54,313 bases of DNA from a virus (IMGVR_UViG_3300043596_000010:1-54313), one strand, 5' to 3'. Shown: positions 1-9,111, counted from the stretch's first letter. A program made the numbers and translations. Notes: a model not told the origin generated them from the letters alone.

Positions 1-148
1 ATTGTTCTTGCAGTTTGCTTATTTATTTTTACTGGGGCTTACATCATTCAAACTATAAGTAGAAATGATACCCTAGGAGATTTAAAAACGCAGCTAAATG
101 ACGTTCAAAAGACAATAGATTCTTGCCATGTTAGTAGTAGCTAGTGGC
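1..148. repeat. Terminal direct repeat (copy 1), probably circular-assembly overlap
   Basis: Identical to 54166-54313 except C127 vs T54292; it cuts through a gene. Confidence 0.95.
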
Positions 149-650
149 TGAAGGCGATATCAGACCCATTCCAGATCCTACGGATCTAACTACTGAACAA
201 CTTAAAACGTCAATCAAGTCAGCCTTCGACAATTTAACGACTCGACTTGATGGTATGGACGCTTTAACATTAGAGCGGTTTGCTGGAATTAAACAAGAAC
301 TAGTTGTTATTGAGCGACAACGCTTGGAACAGAAAACCGATACTGCTATATCTGTGGTGGCTGCTCTTACATCTGCCAAAGAACTTGTGGCACAACAAAC
401 GCAGGCATCTGAAAGAGCCATTAATACGGCTAATACAGCTACGGCGGAACAACTTAAGCAATTAAGTGTCACTCGAAATAGTGAAAATACAGCTCTTAGA
501 ACAAGTCTAAGCGATCTGAAAGAGCGTGTAGATCGCATAGAGGCATCAGGCGCCGGCGCTGCGGCCGCAATGGGGCGGCTATATGCAGCGGCCGGATTTA
601 TACTGGTGTTATTATCTATTGCAGCTATAGCCTTTGGGCTCCAAAAATAA
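144..650 (+). CDS. Coiled-coil protein with C-terminal transmembrane helix (lysis/tail-end region)
   Basis: Ala/Gln/Glu-rich helical body, hydrophobic C-terminus; GTG start overlaps the stop region of the upstream gene across the contig join. Confidence 0.7.
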   Translation: MAEGDIRPIPDPTDLTTEQLKTSIKSAFDNLTTRLDGMDALTLERFAGIKQELVVIERQRLEQKTDTAISVVAALTSAKELVAQQTQASERAINTANTATAEQLKQLSVTRNSENTALRTSLSDLKERVDRIEASGAGAAAAMGRLYAAAGFILVLLSIAAIAFGLQK

Positions 651-672
651 CCGAACAGAAAGAGATATTTGA

Positions 673-837
673 ATGGCTAAGTACAGTAAGTTCATTGCAG
701 CCGCTAGCGGATTTATTGGCGTTCTAGTTGCTAATGGTTTCCTTAGTGCATCTGACGCTAACCTAGCTAACGCCGTTATCGCTGCTGTTGCAGCCGTTGC
801 TGTGTTTGTGGTTAAGAACACGCCTAAAACTGCCTAA
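673..837 (+). CDS. Putative holin, 54 aa, 2 TM helices (absent from ORF track)
   Basis: MAKYSKFIAAASGFIGVLVANGFLSASDANLANAVIAAVAAVAVFVVKNTPKTA; resembles actinophage holins; last gene before terminator. Confidence 0.7.
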   Translation: MAKYSKFIAAASGFIGVLVANGFLSASDANLANAVIAAVAAVAVFVVKNTPKTA

Positions 838-847
838 GCTAAAACGT

Positions 848-893
848 AAAAAAGCCCCACAGGTCGGATTAGCAACCTGTGGGGCTCTTTTAT
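848..893. terminator. Bidirectional intrinsic terminator between converging arms
   Basis: 12-bp stem AGCCCCACAGGT/ACCTGTGGGGCT flanked by A-tract and T-tract. Confidence 0.85.
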
Positions 894-896
894 TTC

Positions 897-1337
897 TTAG
901 CGTAGCACAGCTAACTTTTCTGTTAGCTTATCGCTCTTGATCTTGTCAAGATAAACTAGTAGATGCCTAGTAGCATCCATAGCGTGTCTAAGATTCTTAG
1001 TGTATAAGCCTAGGAGTTTGAGTTTATCGTTGTCCCAAGGCTTCATTACTGCGGGCTTTTGCATAATTAATGGGCAACCACTATATTGCGTGTAGAGTTC
1101 AATAACACCAATATAGTTCCTTGAAATTAATTGCACATTCTGTAGGTGTGGGCGATAGTCGAATTGCTCGCAGACAATAAGCTCAGGCTCGTTGTCATTT
1201 AACCAACGATATAGTAGCTTATGGTGATCGGGCGCTTCAAATTGGCCACAGGCATAGCTATTCTCAAGCGGCAAAGCCGTATCATAGCGACACCAGCCTG
1301 TGGTACCTCCCGGGTCAAAAGCTGCGATACGTGCCAT
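897..1337 (-). CDS. RuvC-like / RNase H-fold Holliday junction resolvase
   Basis: IAAFDPGGTTG, IVCEQF and HAMDA acidic motifs. Confidence 0.75.
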   Translation of the reverse strand: MARIAAFDPGGTTGWCRYDTALPLENSYACGQFEAPDHHKLLYRWLNDNEPELIVCEQFDYRPHLQNVQLISRNYIGVIELYTQYSGCPLIMQKPAVMKPWDNDKLKLLGLYTKNLRHAMDATRHLLVYLDKIKSDKLTEKLAVLR

Positions 1338-1338
1338 A

Positions 1339-1404
1339 CTAATTTGCTACCGCTGCATAAAATACCACAACTACAAAGGCTACAACGAACCAAAATAATA
1401 TCAT
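1339..1404 (-). CDS. 21-aa hydrophobic micro-protein
   Basis: MILFWFVVAFVVVVFYAAVAN; ATGA overlap with upstream micro-ORF. Confidence 0.45.
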   Translation of the reverse strand: MILFWFVVAFVVVVFYAAVAN

Positions 1405-1466
1405 AGGCCACGTCCAAGCAAGAAGCCGAATAGGAATGCGATTAAAACAATAAGCCAGAAACCCAC
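1401..1466 (-). CDS. 21-aa hydrophobic micro-protein
   Basis: MGFWLIVLIAFLFGFLLGRGL; starts 3 nt after endolysin stop. Confidence 0.45.
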   Translation of the reverse strand: MGFWLIVLIAFLFGFLLGRGL

Positions 1467-1469
1467 GAT

Positions 1470-2246
1470 CTACCAGCCTTCCGGCTTTGGACCCATAATT
1501 GGGATGTACTTAAGGAATGTCGTAGGCATTGGCGTGGCATCAGGCGAGCTTAAGAAGGGTGACAAAGCATTTAACCAAACTAAGCCCTTCTGGTGATCTG
1601 GCCCAACAACCCAGTTCATATAGCTGTAGTCACCTTGTACTAAGAAGGTTGGGCGAGGCGTAGGGCCATCCTGGGCAACATGAAAGTGACTAGGAATCTG
1701 CATGGGTTCATCCTTCTTAGGGGTTAGAATTAACTTGTTGATTAAGGGCATGAATTCGCGGTCAAACTGAATCTTACGATCTGGGCCTGGGCAAGACTTA
1801 GCAACAGGTGTCCACTGACTTGGTGCCCCCCACATAGTATGAAAGCCTAAGCCAGAACCATCCCACTTTTCGCAACGCTTAAGTGGCACGGCATGTAATT
1901 TATGCGCCCAAATAGCAATTGCAGCCATTGAGTTCAATTGCTGTGGAGTCCACAGGCCGGCGGCTAATCCTGCTGTCTCAACGGAGATCGCAAAAGGATT
2001 AGCATGATAATTAGCATCAGCCCGTAAGTGTGTGTCTACAACCTGCGTAATTGCGCCGTCGAAGTCAATAAAGAAGTGCCACTCTAACCCATCGTGTGGT
2101 TGTGGAATTCCTTTAGTGGCATCTACGTGGAAGATAACCACACGAGGCGTGATAGCGCCTCCGGGTGTCCCTGCCGGTTTATATTCAATGCTTGTGGGCA
2201 AACTAATGCCCAACCCATTGAGGTCTGAAACCTTCATAATTGCCAT
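1470..2246 (-). CDS. N-acetylmuramoyl-L-alanine amidase (Amidase_2-type endolysin)
   Basis: VIFH, WHFFI..DG.I.Q, AISVET, GFH and KSCPG zinc-amidase motifs. Confidence 0.85.
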   Translation of the reverse strand: MAIMKVSDLNGLGISLPTSIEYKPAGTPGGAITPRVVIFHVDATKGIPQPHDGLEWHFFIDFDGAITQVVDTHLRADANYHANPFAISVETAGLAAGLWTPQQLNSMAAIAIWAHKLHAVPLKRCEKWDGSGLGFHTMWGAPSQWTPVAKSCPGPDRKIQFDREFMPLINKLILTPKKDEPMQIPSHFHVAQDGPTPRPTFLVQGDYSYMNWVVGPDHQKGLVWLNALSPFLSSPDATPMPTTFLKYIPIMGPKPEGW

Positions 2247-2552
2247 TTAGTGACCCTTGTCTTTGGTGAGCTTCTTACCACAAGAACTACAGATTGCCTT
2301 ACCTGTGGACGCAATAATATAAAGGTTGCCGATCTTAGTGTTGGTTTTATCACCGTCAATAAAGCTAACCTCCTCATCTTGATTGAGCTCACGCCCAAGA
2401 TGCTTTTGCATAACTAGCCGATGCTTGGTCTCCCATCGATGGGGATTGTCGGAAACCTTAACAAGAATATAGCCCTTTCGACTTACCGTCTCCGTACCGA
2501 CGGGCTTTGACGGCCTGCCGGGTTTCTTGGACAGGTGAGTAATTAGATCCAT
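2247..2552 (-). CDS. HNH-like protein (degenerate active site)
   Basis: GYILVK...HRLVMQKHLGREL...VSFIDGDKTN. Confidence 0.7.
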   Translation of the reverse strand: MDLITHLSKKPGRPSKPVGTETVSRKGYILVKVSDNPHRWETKHRLVMQKHLGRELNQDEEVSFIDGDKTNTKIGNLYIIASTGKAICSSCGKKLTKDKGH

Positions 2553-2580
2553 TCTCTGACGACCTCTCGGCTCCTACGTA

Positions 2581-2850
2581 TCATAGAGCCTGTTCGGTGG
2601 ATTGCTTGTACTGGTCAGACAACCGGTCCTGGCGACGTCGCCGGGCCTGCCGTTCCTTGAAAGCGTGTCGGACAGCTTGTGCTTGCATTAACGATGCCTC
2701 AGCATGACCACGGTGGAGTTGATCCCAAAGTTCAATATAATGGTTTGCACTAGTTTGGCTTATAGTGGAAACTCGTAAGGTTTCACCACAAGAACATGCG
2801 ATTTTTACTTTTTCAGTATAGTTTGGAAATGCTGCCACACTAAACCTCAC
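2581..2850 (-). CDS. Hypothetical Zn-binding protein (CxCG...HxGH)
   Basis: Paralog of adjacent ORF. Confidence 0.65.
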   Translation of the reverse strand: MRFSVAAFPNYTEKVKIACSCGETLRVSTISQTSANHYIELWDQLHRGHAEASLMQAQAVRHAFKERQARRRRQDRLSDQYKQSTEQAL

Positions 2851-3077
2851 CTATCTGCAACTCGCACATAGTTTTTTCTCTCAATAATAGCCCTACGAGC
2901 ATTAGCTGCCTGTGGGAAAGTAGTTTCTTCATGCCCACTATGTAACGTATCCCAAGCATCTAGCATAACATCTATATTAGATGGGTGCAGACTAATAAAG
3001 GTTATTGAATCACCACAGTCGCACGCAAGTTTAACGCTGCTAGACCTAAATTTTCCAGCTTTCAATCTTACCTCCAA
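2847..3077 (-). CDS. Hypothetical Zn-binding protein (CxCG...HxGH)
   Basis: Paralog of adjacent ORF; 4-nt overlap. Confidence 0.65.
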   Translation of the reverse strand: MEVRLKAGKFRSSSVKLACDCGDSITFISLHPSNIDVMLDAWDTLHSGHEETTFPQAANARRAIIERKNYVRVADR

Positions 3078-3291
3078 ACTTTAGGCGATATTCCTTATCA
3101 TCGTAAGTATTAGTAAGTATATTAAATTTCAATACTAAGGTATCTCCTAATAGGCCCCATTTCCAAATATTAGAATCCGTAGTTTTAATGCCTAAAATAT
3201 GCTGTGGTTGGGCCTCAGGCATATAAAGTCCGTGGCATAAAATGACTTCGTTTGGAGCTTTATGGAATTTTGTTGGGTCAAAGTGTGTCAT
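3046..3291 (-). CDS. Hypothetical protein (start trimmed to ATG 3291)
   Basis: Packing after stop of 3293..3592. Confidence 0.5.
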   Translation of the reverse strand: MTHFDPTKFHKAPNEVILCHGLYMPEAQPQHILGIKTTDSNIWKWGLLGDTLVLKFNILTNTYDDKEYRLKFGGKIESWKI

Positions 3292-3292
3292 T

Positions 3293-3592
3293 TTAGCGGT
3301 TGATCTTTCGTGCCTGCCTAGCTCGCTTAGTGGCTGCACGATTAGCAACACGCTTAACAAGTAGCGACTGCTTGGTGCTAGTCCAAAACACAAATTCCTT
3401 TCTGTTAGGATCGTATTCCTTGAAGCCCTTTCTATGCTTCTTACGCATAGCAGCACGCTTACTGCCTGACGTGCTCTTACGCATTTCTACATGGCCAGTA
3501 ACGGGCTCCTCGTCCGGTACAGTTTCAGCCCATGCTTTAGCGTCTTCAATTGGATTGCTAGGCCCTGTGGGGAACCCGGTAAGCTCATCCAT
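3293..3592 (-). CDS. Hypothetical basic protein
   Basis: ORF with Lys/Arg-rich C-terminal half. Confidence 0.6.
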   Translation of the reverse strand: MDELTGFPTGPSNPIEDAKAWAETVPDEEPVTGHVEMRKSTSGSKRAAMRKKHRKGFKEYDPNRKEFVFWTSTKQSLLVKRVANRAATKRARQARKINR

Positions 3593-3682
3593 TAGCTAAA
3601 CCTTTCATAATTAACTGCGCCACAGTTAGGGCAGCGTGACTCTTTCTCACCTGTCCGATAGGTGAATCCGCAATTAGTGCAC

Positions 3683-3907
3683 TTAACCTTTGGCTTCTTC
3701 GGCTCTTGGGCCATTACTACCTCCGTATTTTAGGGTGTCCTTCATTTCAACTAGCGTACGCATATTGTATTCGCGTTTGTGCTTATTAGCAATTTGTTCT
3801 GCCTTAAGCATAAGCTCGAGTTTCTCCCGCTTATTAGCTGGATCAAACTCATCGACTAACTCACCTACAAAACTCCAAAAACGCTCGTCAAAGATTACAT
3901 AAGTCAT
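3683..3907 (-). CDS. Hypothetical protein
   Basis: ORF in operon, ATGA overlap. Confidence 0.6.
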   Translation of the reverse strand: MTYVIFDERFWSFVGELVDEFDPANKREKLELMLKAEQIANKHKREYNMRTLVEMKDTLKYGGSNGPRAEEAKG

Positions 3908-4137
3908 GGTGGTGAGCCCTCATCCCAACAGCCTGTATAGGCTTCATAATGTTCACCTAGCAACGCTCTAGCAATTTGATCTAATGCCCATTGCTTATGG
4001 TGGGCACCATCATACTGGCCTTGCCAAGCAAAATTTAATGCTTCAACAATTCGGTCTCTAAGTATTACCGGACTTATATTTTCCAAATGCGCCCTAAGCA
4101 TATCATCGCTCATCAACTCTGGCTCGTCGTCTGTCAT
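3904..4137 (-). CDS. Hypothetical protein (YDGAHHKQW motif)
   Basis: TAATG-coupled to polymerase stop; DGAHHK.W.LDQ motif familiar from phage hypotheticals. Confidence 0.65.
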   Translation of the reverse strand: MTDDEPELMSDDMLRAHLENISPVILRDRIVEALNFAWQGQYDGAHHKQWALDQIARALLGEHYEAYTGCWDEGSPP

Positions 4138-6494
4138 TATACCTCGGCCCATGATTTGTCACTCGACTTAATGTCGACGGCGAACGGAACATAATCAGAA
4201 AAGTGGCTACCCGATTCCATCATCATATCAATCATCAATCTTGAGACTTTTTCAACGTCGGCTTGCTTACACTCCACCATAATAGAATCGTGAACGAACA
4301 GCCGTATTGCAGCCCCAGCAGGTAAGGCCAGCCGTAATCCCATGCCGGCCGCAAGACAGATGTCACTACTAATAGACTGAGGCATAAAAGCCAAAGCTTC
4401 TTTTTCGATGTCGTGTTTGTTGTCATTGGTAATTAACTGGAATCTTCTATGTCGGCCAAAGGGTGTTACCAAATCCTGGTTAAGATCAATAACCTTGTGC
4501 TTAATACTCTTTTGCCACTTAACTAAGTTAGGCACCAACTTCATATACTTAAGCTGGAATGCCTTACCCTGCACAACCGTGAATGCATCTCCTACAACGC
4601 CCATCTTACGAGCGTCTTCGTTAACCTGATCAGTTAGCGTGCCAGGACCCATACCATAGTTGGAACCGTGAATGATTCGCTTCACAATCTGCCTGTGGGC
4701 CTTTGTCCAGTTTGGCCCAAAGATTTGTTCTGCGAATTCACCGAATACGTCCCTATGCTGATCGTTAAAGATTTCTGCCAAAAATCCTTCTTTAGCCAAG
4801 CATGCGACTGTTCGGTACTCAATCTGAGAAAAATCTGCCTGAACGAAGGCGTTTCCTTGCTCAGGGACAAACATACGCTTGATATTTGGTCCTCTGGGAA
4901 TGTTTTGGAGATTAGGATTGCGGCTTGATAACCTGCCACTAGTCGTACCGTGTAGGTTGTAAGTTGTATGGATTCGTCCCTGAAAGAGTCTTTTTTGAAT
5001 TCCTTTGATATACGTCCCATATTGCTTTTGCTCCTTGCGATACTCTAGCAGTAATCTACAAAAGACTCCAACCTCCTCCATATACTTATGCTTATTATCT
5101 ACTAATTTCTGCAACTGCTCCGCATCGGTAGTAGTAACATTTACATTAAAGTTACGTAATGCTGCGGTGACCTGCATGGGGCTACGTGGGTTGAAATCGC
5201 CACCAACATAGCGTTGTAATTCTAGCTCTAAGCTGTCTAGTAATTCAACGTACTCATTCCCAAGCTTGGTTAATGCGTCCGTATCAACCTTAATACCCTC
5301 ACGCTCAACGTGCATAAGCATGGTTGATGCGTCAAGTAAGAAATCTAATAGCTTCCGTAGATCCGGTTGAGCGTTGATCTCAGCTAATTGAATTTCTTCT
5401 ATGGCTCGGGTGTTAGAGCAATCGTAGGCATTGTAGTGAAAAAGCGTATCTGAATCAGTAGATCCAAAACTACCACTTCGACCACCACTATTGGATTTAA
5501 CCATATGCTTATACCGCTCGGCGCCCAAGAGTTCAGTAGACAGATACTCCAAACCATGAACGCCAGCACGTTCATCGAGTACATAGGATGCCAACATTGT
5601 ATCGTTATACAACTGTGCAGTGTCACTGATATGTGCCATTCCAGACAAGTCGAACTTGCCATTGTGACAAGTAATCTTCTTTGTCTCTAAGAGAGACTTA
5701 AGTTCTGCCTGAACCTGTGGATCACTACATGCAGGCTGCCCAATTACAGCCACCTTATGCTTATCATAGCTAATACCAATGCATAAGATTGGGTAGTGCA
5801 TTGCTTGAACAAAATCGGCATCTTTGTCATAGTCAGTTTCAATATCTATGACTAGATGATCGTACTTAGCTCCGATTTGCTTAAGTGCAGAAATAGCTAA
5901 GTTAGGTGTGGTGAATGCTCGCCATGCCGGCTCCTGCCAAATAGCAGTTTTGGTTACATTCACCAGCTTGGCGACGTCGTTAGCCAGGTGGGGGAAGCTG
6001 TCCGGTGCCCTAAGGCACGCCGCTGGGTGCAACGTAGGCACCACAGAGACGCCAGGGTATTGCTCAGCTTGCTTAGGCGGGCCAGCACGAAACTGAGTGA
6101 TTTTTACTTTTTCTTGAAAGACGGATGATGCCGCCGTGCCTCCGAGAGCAAGAATACGTTTGGGTTCCCTACTTGAGATTTCTTGGTGTAAACGCTTTGA
6201 ACATGCTTTGATAGCGAGTTTGCTAGGCACCCCGTTATCTTTAGGTCTACATAATACCACATTCGTAAGAAATGCTTCTTCACGGTTTAAGTTGTTTCCT
6301 TCTAGGACTGCATTGAGTAGTTGGCCGGACATACCAACAAATGGCTTACCACTCTTAATCTCATTAAATCCAGGTGCCTCACCAATAATAACTAAGTCAG
6401 CTTGTTCTGGGCCATAGCTAGGCACAAAGGCATGTTCTCTACCGTTATAAGGGCAATTCTCACAGTCTGCTAAAGGATGTTTATTTACCACCAA
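4137..6494 (-). CDS. polA: Family A DNA polymerase with 3'-5' exonuclease and N-terminal family-4 uracil-DNA glycosylase domain
   Basis: UDG: CENC, GEAPG, TNVVLCRP, HPAA; Exo: DIETD, HNGKFD, YNAYD; Pol: GRLSSRNPNLQNIP, DFSQIEYR, R...K...HG..YG, VHDS. Confidence 0.95.
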   Translation of the reverse strand: MVVNKHPLADCENCPYNGREHAFVPSYGPEQADLVIIGEAPGFNEIKSGKPFVGMSGQLLNAVLEGNNLNREEAFLTNVVLCRPKDNGVPSKLAIKACSKRLHQEISSREPKRILALGGTAASSVFQEKVKITQFRAGPPKQAEQYPGVSVVPTLHPAACLRAPDSFPHLANDVAKLVNVTKTAIWQEPAWRAFTTPNLAISALKQIGAKYDHLVIDIETDYDKDADFVQAMHYPILCIGISYDKHKVAVIGQPACSDPQVQAELKSLLETKKITCHNGKFDLSGMAHISDTAQLYNDTMLASYVLDERAGVHGLEYLSTELLGAERYKHMVKSNSGGRSGSFGSTDSDTLFHYNAYDCSNTRAIEEIQLAEINAQPDLRKLLDFLLDASTMLMHVEREGIKVDTDALTKLGNEYVELLDSLELELQRYVGGDFNPRSPMQVTAALRNFNVNVTTTDAEQLQKLVDNKHKYMEEVGVFCRLLLEYRKEQKQYGTYIKGIQKRLFQGRIHTTYNLHGTTSGRLSSRNPNLQNIPRGPNIKRMFVPEQGNAFVQADFSQIEYRTVACLAKEGFLAEIFNDQHRDVFGEFAEQIFGPNWTKAHRQIVKRIIHGSNYGMGPGTLTDQVNEDARKMGVVGDAFTVVQGKAFQLKYMKLVPNLVKWQKSIKHKVIDLNQDLVTPFGRHRRFQLITNDNKHDIEKEALAFMPQSISSDICLAAGMGLRLALPAGAAIRLFVHDSIMVECKQADVEKVSRLMIDMMMESGSHFSDYVPFAVDIKSSDKSWAEV

Positions 6495-6879
6495 TTAACT
6501 CCAATACGTCATGGTAGCTAATGGTACAAAGTTCTAATAGTAAACCAATATAATATTGATTTGTTGCGGTTGCTACGGCTACCTCAAACGGCGCAACTAT
6601 GGCTCTATAAGCATACCTAAGAGGAAACCGATCTAAATTATCAATATAAATTGTGCCATTAAAACCTAGTAATCCGTGCTCGAAGGCGCCTGCTGTATAA
6701 ACTCGCACACCGCGCTCTTGTGGAACTTTAGCTTTTAAAAATGCTGCGTCCAGTGTAGTAGCGCCTACCACAGCTATTGATTGCCGCAAAGAAGATAAAT
6801 GGCGTTCATTGTAAACTAGATTTACAATGGCTGTAGTCTTACCTTGCTGACGCCCCAAACATATATAGTTTTTAATCAT
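6481..6879 (-). CDS. Small P-loop-like protein
   Basis: GRQQGKTT Walker-A-like and IYIDN Walker-B-like motifs. Confidence 0.55.
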   Translation of the reverse strand: MIKNYICLGRQQGKTTAIVNLVYNERHLSSLRQSIAVVGATTLDAAFLKAKVPQERGVRVYTAGAFEHGLLGFNGTIYIDNLDRFPLRYAYRAIVAPFEVAVATATNQYYIGLLLELCTISYHDVLELIGGK

Positions 6880-9083
6880 TTTTCCGGGTCCTCATAGAAT
6901 GTAATTCGCTCCTGGCGGCCCTGTCCTACCCTTTCGATATAGAACCTCTGGTGTAAAGTATCAATAACGTCATCTGCCGCACGCTTGGTTAAACCAAACT
7001 GACGCATAATTTCGCCTCGCAGCATACCTGCCGGACCTGCCTTCTTAAGTGCTGATACAATCAATTCTAGCTGAGTTTCGTATGCATTCTTACCAATATT
7101 GGCCAGAACCTCTAACAAGTAATTACGCCAAATATCTACATAGAAGAAGGCATGCAGCATATCAAGTTCTGTGACCTCAATCTCATCGCTAACCATTCTA
7201 GATGCCGCAATTAATAGGGCAGCCTTTAATCCTGATTGGCAAAGCCGACTAACACATGGAAGCATAATTTCGCTATTGGCGTGATTCTGTGCAAACATTA
7301 ACATCTCAGCTTCATAGCGATTATATTCACGCCATGCGTTCGGCGTCATAGTGGCACTCCAAGATTTCTTGGTTGCTCCCACAGGCACGCCGTCTACAAC
7401 TATACTAACCATCGTATTCGAGTATCTTTTATGCATCTCTCTAAGCCGATTAAGTAGCGTATTCCTAACTGTTAGATCCTGCTCTGTAGGAGGTCCAATA
7501 GGCTTAACTTTAGTTACGTCTGCATCGGCAGTAATAAAGACAAACCGAGGAATAAAGCCGCTAGTGACTTGATCGTAGTTCAACAGCTTATAGACTTTAC
7601 TCTTAATACCGCCAGAGAAGATAATGAATACTGGGTTTCTTACAGTGACTGAGCGCTTAGACAAGACACGCTTCATTAACTTGCCGTCATACAGCTTAGT
7701 TAATGATTCGATCATACCTGATAGATAGTCTTTCTTAGCCACTGAATCTAAGAATCCTGTTAGCTCATCCTTAAGAAAGACTGAAGCCTTACCAGGTCTA
7801 ATCGACATTTCATCGAAAATGCCCTCAATGGTCCCATCGGTGCCTAAAATAGCTTCTGGCTCTAGCTCTTGCAGCATATCCATAGCCATGTCCATTGAGG
7901 TTGTTTTTCTTGTCAATGTTGTATCGGCAAGAATCATAAACCACAGGTTAGGCTGAACCGTTCCATGTGAGGCTGGAAGCTTAACGTCAGAAGCCATAAT
8001 GGCTGACAATATCGTAAAGGCACCCGCTTGGTGGTATTGTGGTGGTGCATCTACTACGCTAGCTGCCCACGTAATATAGTCTTCAATAATAGTATTATCA
8101 GATTCTACTGAAGCCCTCTCAAAATCAGTCAGTAGTGGCTTAACTTCGGAATTATTAATACTAATTCCTAAGCGCTGCTCTGCGTCAGATTCGTACTTAC
8201 GCTTAGCTCTAGCTATATCTTGCCAAAGAGCTTCAGGACCTCGATTATCCCTAGCGTACTTATTGCACTTTGCAGTTAAGCAAACACTAAAAACTTCTTC
8301 GGGAGTTAACCCATTTTCAAACAGGATGAGTTGCAGATTCCACAGGGCTGTGGACCAGTCGCCCTCTTTAGGCACATTGTTTAAGAGGATGTACGACATA
8401 GGCGTCAACGTGTGCCTGTGGCGCATTAGCACGTCATCGCTGGATTCTGGATGCAGCGGTATCTCACCAAGCGTTATTGCTACTTCCCGAGCTACATCCG
8501 GGTAAACATCAAAATCGCTCACAGAGAACGTATTGGCTGCAACACCAATTACTTCAACCATGGGTGCCGTTTGTTGGTTACCATATTTGAAGTTAGTGGT
8601 GTACGGAATACGCAGTAGCTGACTTAGATCCCAACCAGACTTATCTGCCCCAGATGGTAAATGAAAGTAAGCAATACGCTTAGCGATATGCTCAGCCTCT
8701 AGGGGCGGAATCGCATCTGCCAAACGCCATAGCGCCTGATAACGATCAGGCGAAGACTGAATGGTCAAAGATGGTGGAACCAATAAGTGATCTGGATTGC
8801 AGTAATCCAAGTCTGCCCAAATAGTTGGGCACGCAATCACATTCTCTTTAATTCGCTTAGGCGCACCTAAGATATGTGGGCAATACCACATATGATTACT
8901 ATGCTTATGCAGTGCAATATAAGCACATAATCTATCGGCCTGCCTAGGCCAATCAAAAAACTGTTGCTGCAAACTTATGCTAGGTGTATTGAATTTCCTA
9001 CGTGCTACGCAAACTATACCCTCTATATCACCATAAATTGCATCAAAGAATTGTCTGATTTGCGTAGCTTGAGTTGTTGTCAC
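6876..9083 (-). CDS. RepB-type primase fused to DUF3987-like ATPase/helicase domain
   Basis: WADLD, QSSPDRYQALW, LLRIPYTTNFKY; C-terminal TRKTT, FLKDE, SGFIPRF. Confidence 0.8.
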   Translation of the reverse strand: MTTTQATQIRQFFDAIYGDIEGIVCVARRKFNTPSISLQQQFFDWPRQADRLCAYIALHKHSNHMWYCPHILGAPKRIKENVIACPTIWADLDYCNPDHLLVPPSLTIQSSPDRYQALWRLADAIPPLEAEHIAKRIAYFHLPSGADKSGWDLSQLLRIPYTTNFKYGNQQTAPMVEVIGVAANTFSVSDFDVYPDVAREVAITLGEIPLHPESSDDVLMRHRHTLTPMSYILLNNVPKEGDWSTALWNLQLILFENGLTPEEVFSVCLTAKCNKYARDNRGPEALWQDIARAKRKYESDAEQRLGISINNSEVKPLLTDFERASVESDNTIIEDYITWAASVVDAPPQYHQAGAFTILSAIMASDVKLPASHGTVQPNLWFMILADTTLTRKTTSMDMAMDMLQELEPEAILGTDGTIEGIFDEMSIRPGKASVFLKDELTGFLDSVAKKDYLSGMIESLTKLYDGKLMKRVLSKRSVTVRNPVFIIFSGGIKSKVYKLLNYDQVTSGFIPRFVFITADADVTKVKPIGPPTEQDLTVRNTLLNRLREMHKRYSNTMVSIVVDGVPVGATKKSWSATMTPNAWREYNRYEAEMLMFAQNHANSEIMLPCVSRLCQSGLKAALLIAASRMVSDEIEVTELDMLHAFFYVDIWRNYLLEVLANIGKNAYETQLELIVSALKKAGPAGMLRGEIMRQFGLTKRAADDVIDTLHQRFYIERVGQGRQERITFYEDPEK

Positions 9084-9111
9084 CCTTCAAATTTATCCTG
9101 TCGAAATAATA

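Noticed and set aside
1-148. Terminal repeat as biological DTR
   Set aside because: It cuts through a membrane-protein gene far from terminase and control region; more likely assembler overlap. The single C/T difference may be microdiversity or error
131-821. Minus-strand ORFs 131..538 and 612..821 and other antisense ORFs in the track
   Set aside because: Shadow frames of better-supported genes on the opposite strand
4137-6494. Modified-base (Z or hmU) genome
   Set aside because: No purZ, dATPase, dUMP hydroxymethylase or similar gene recognised
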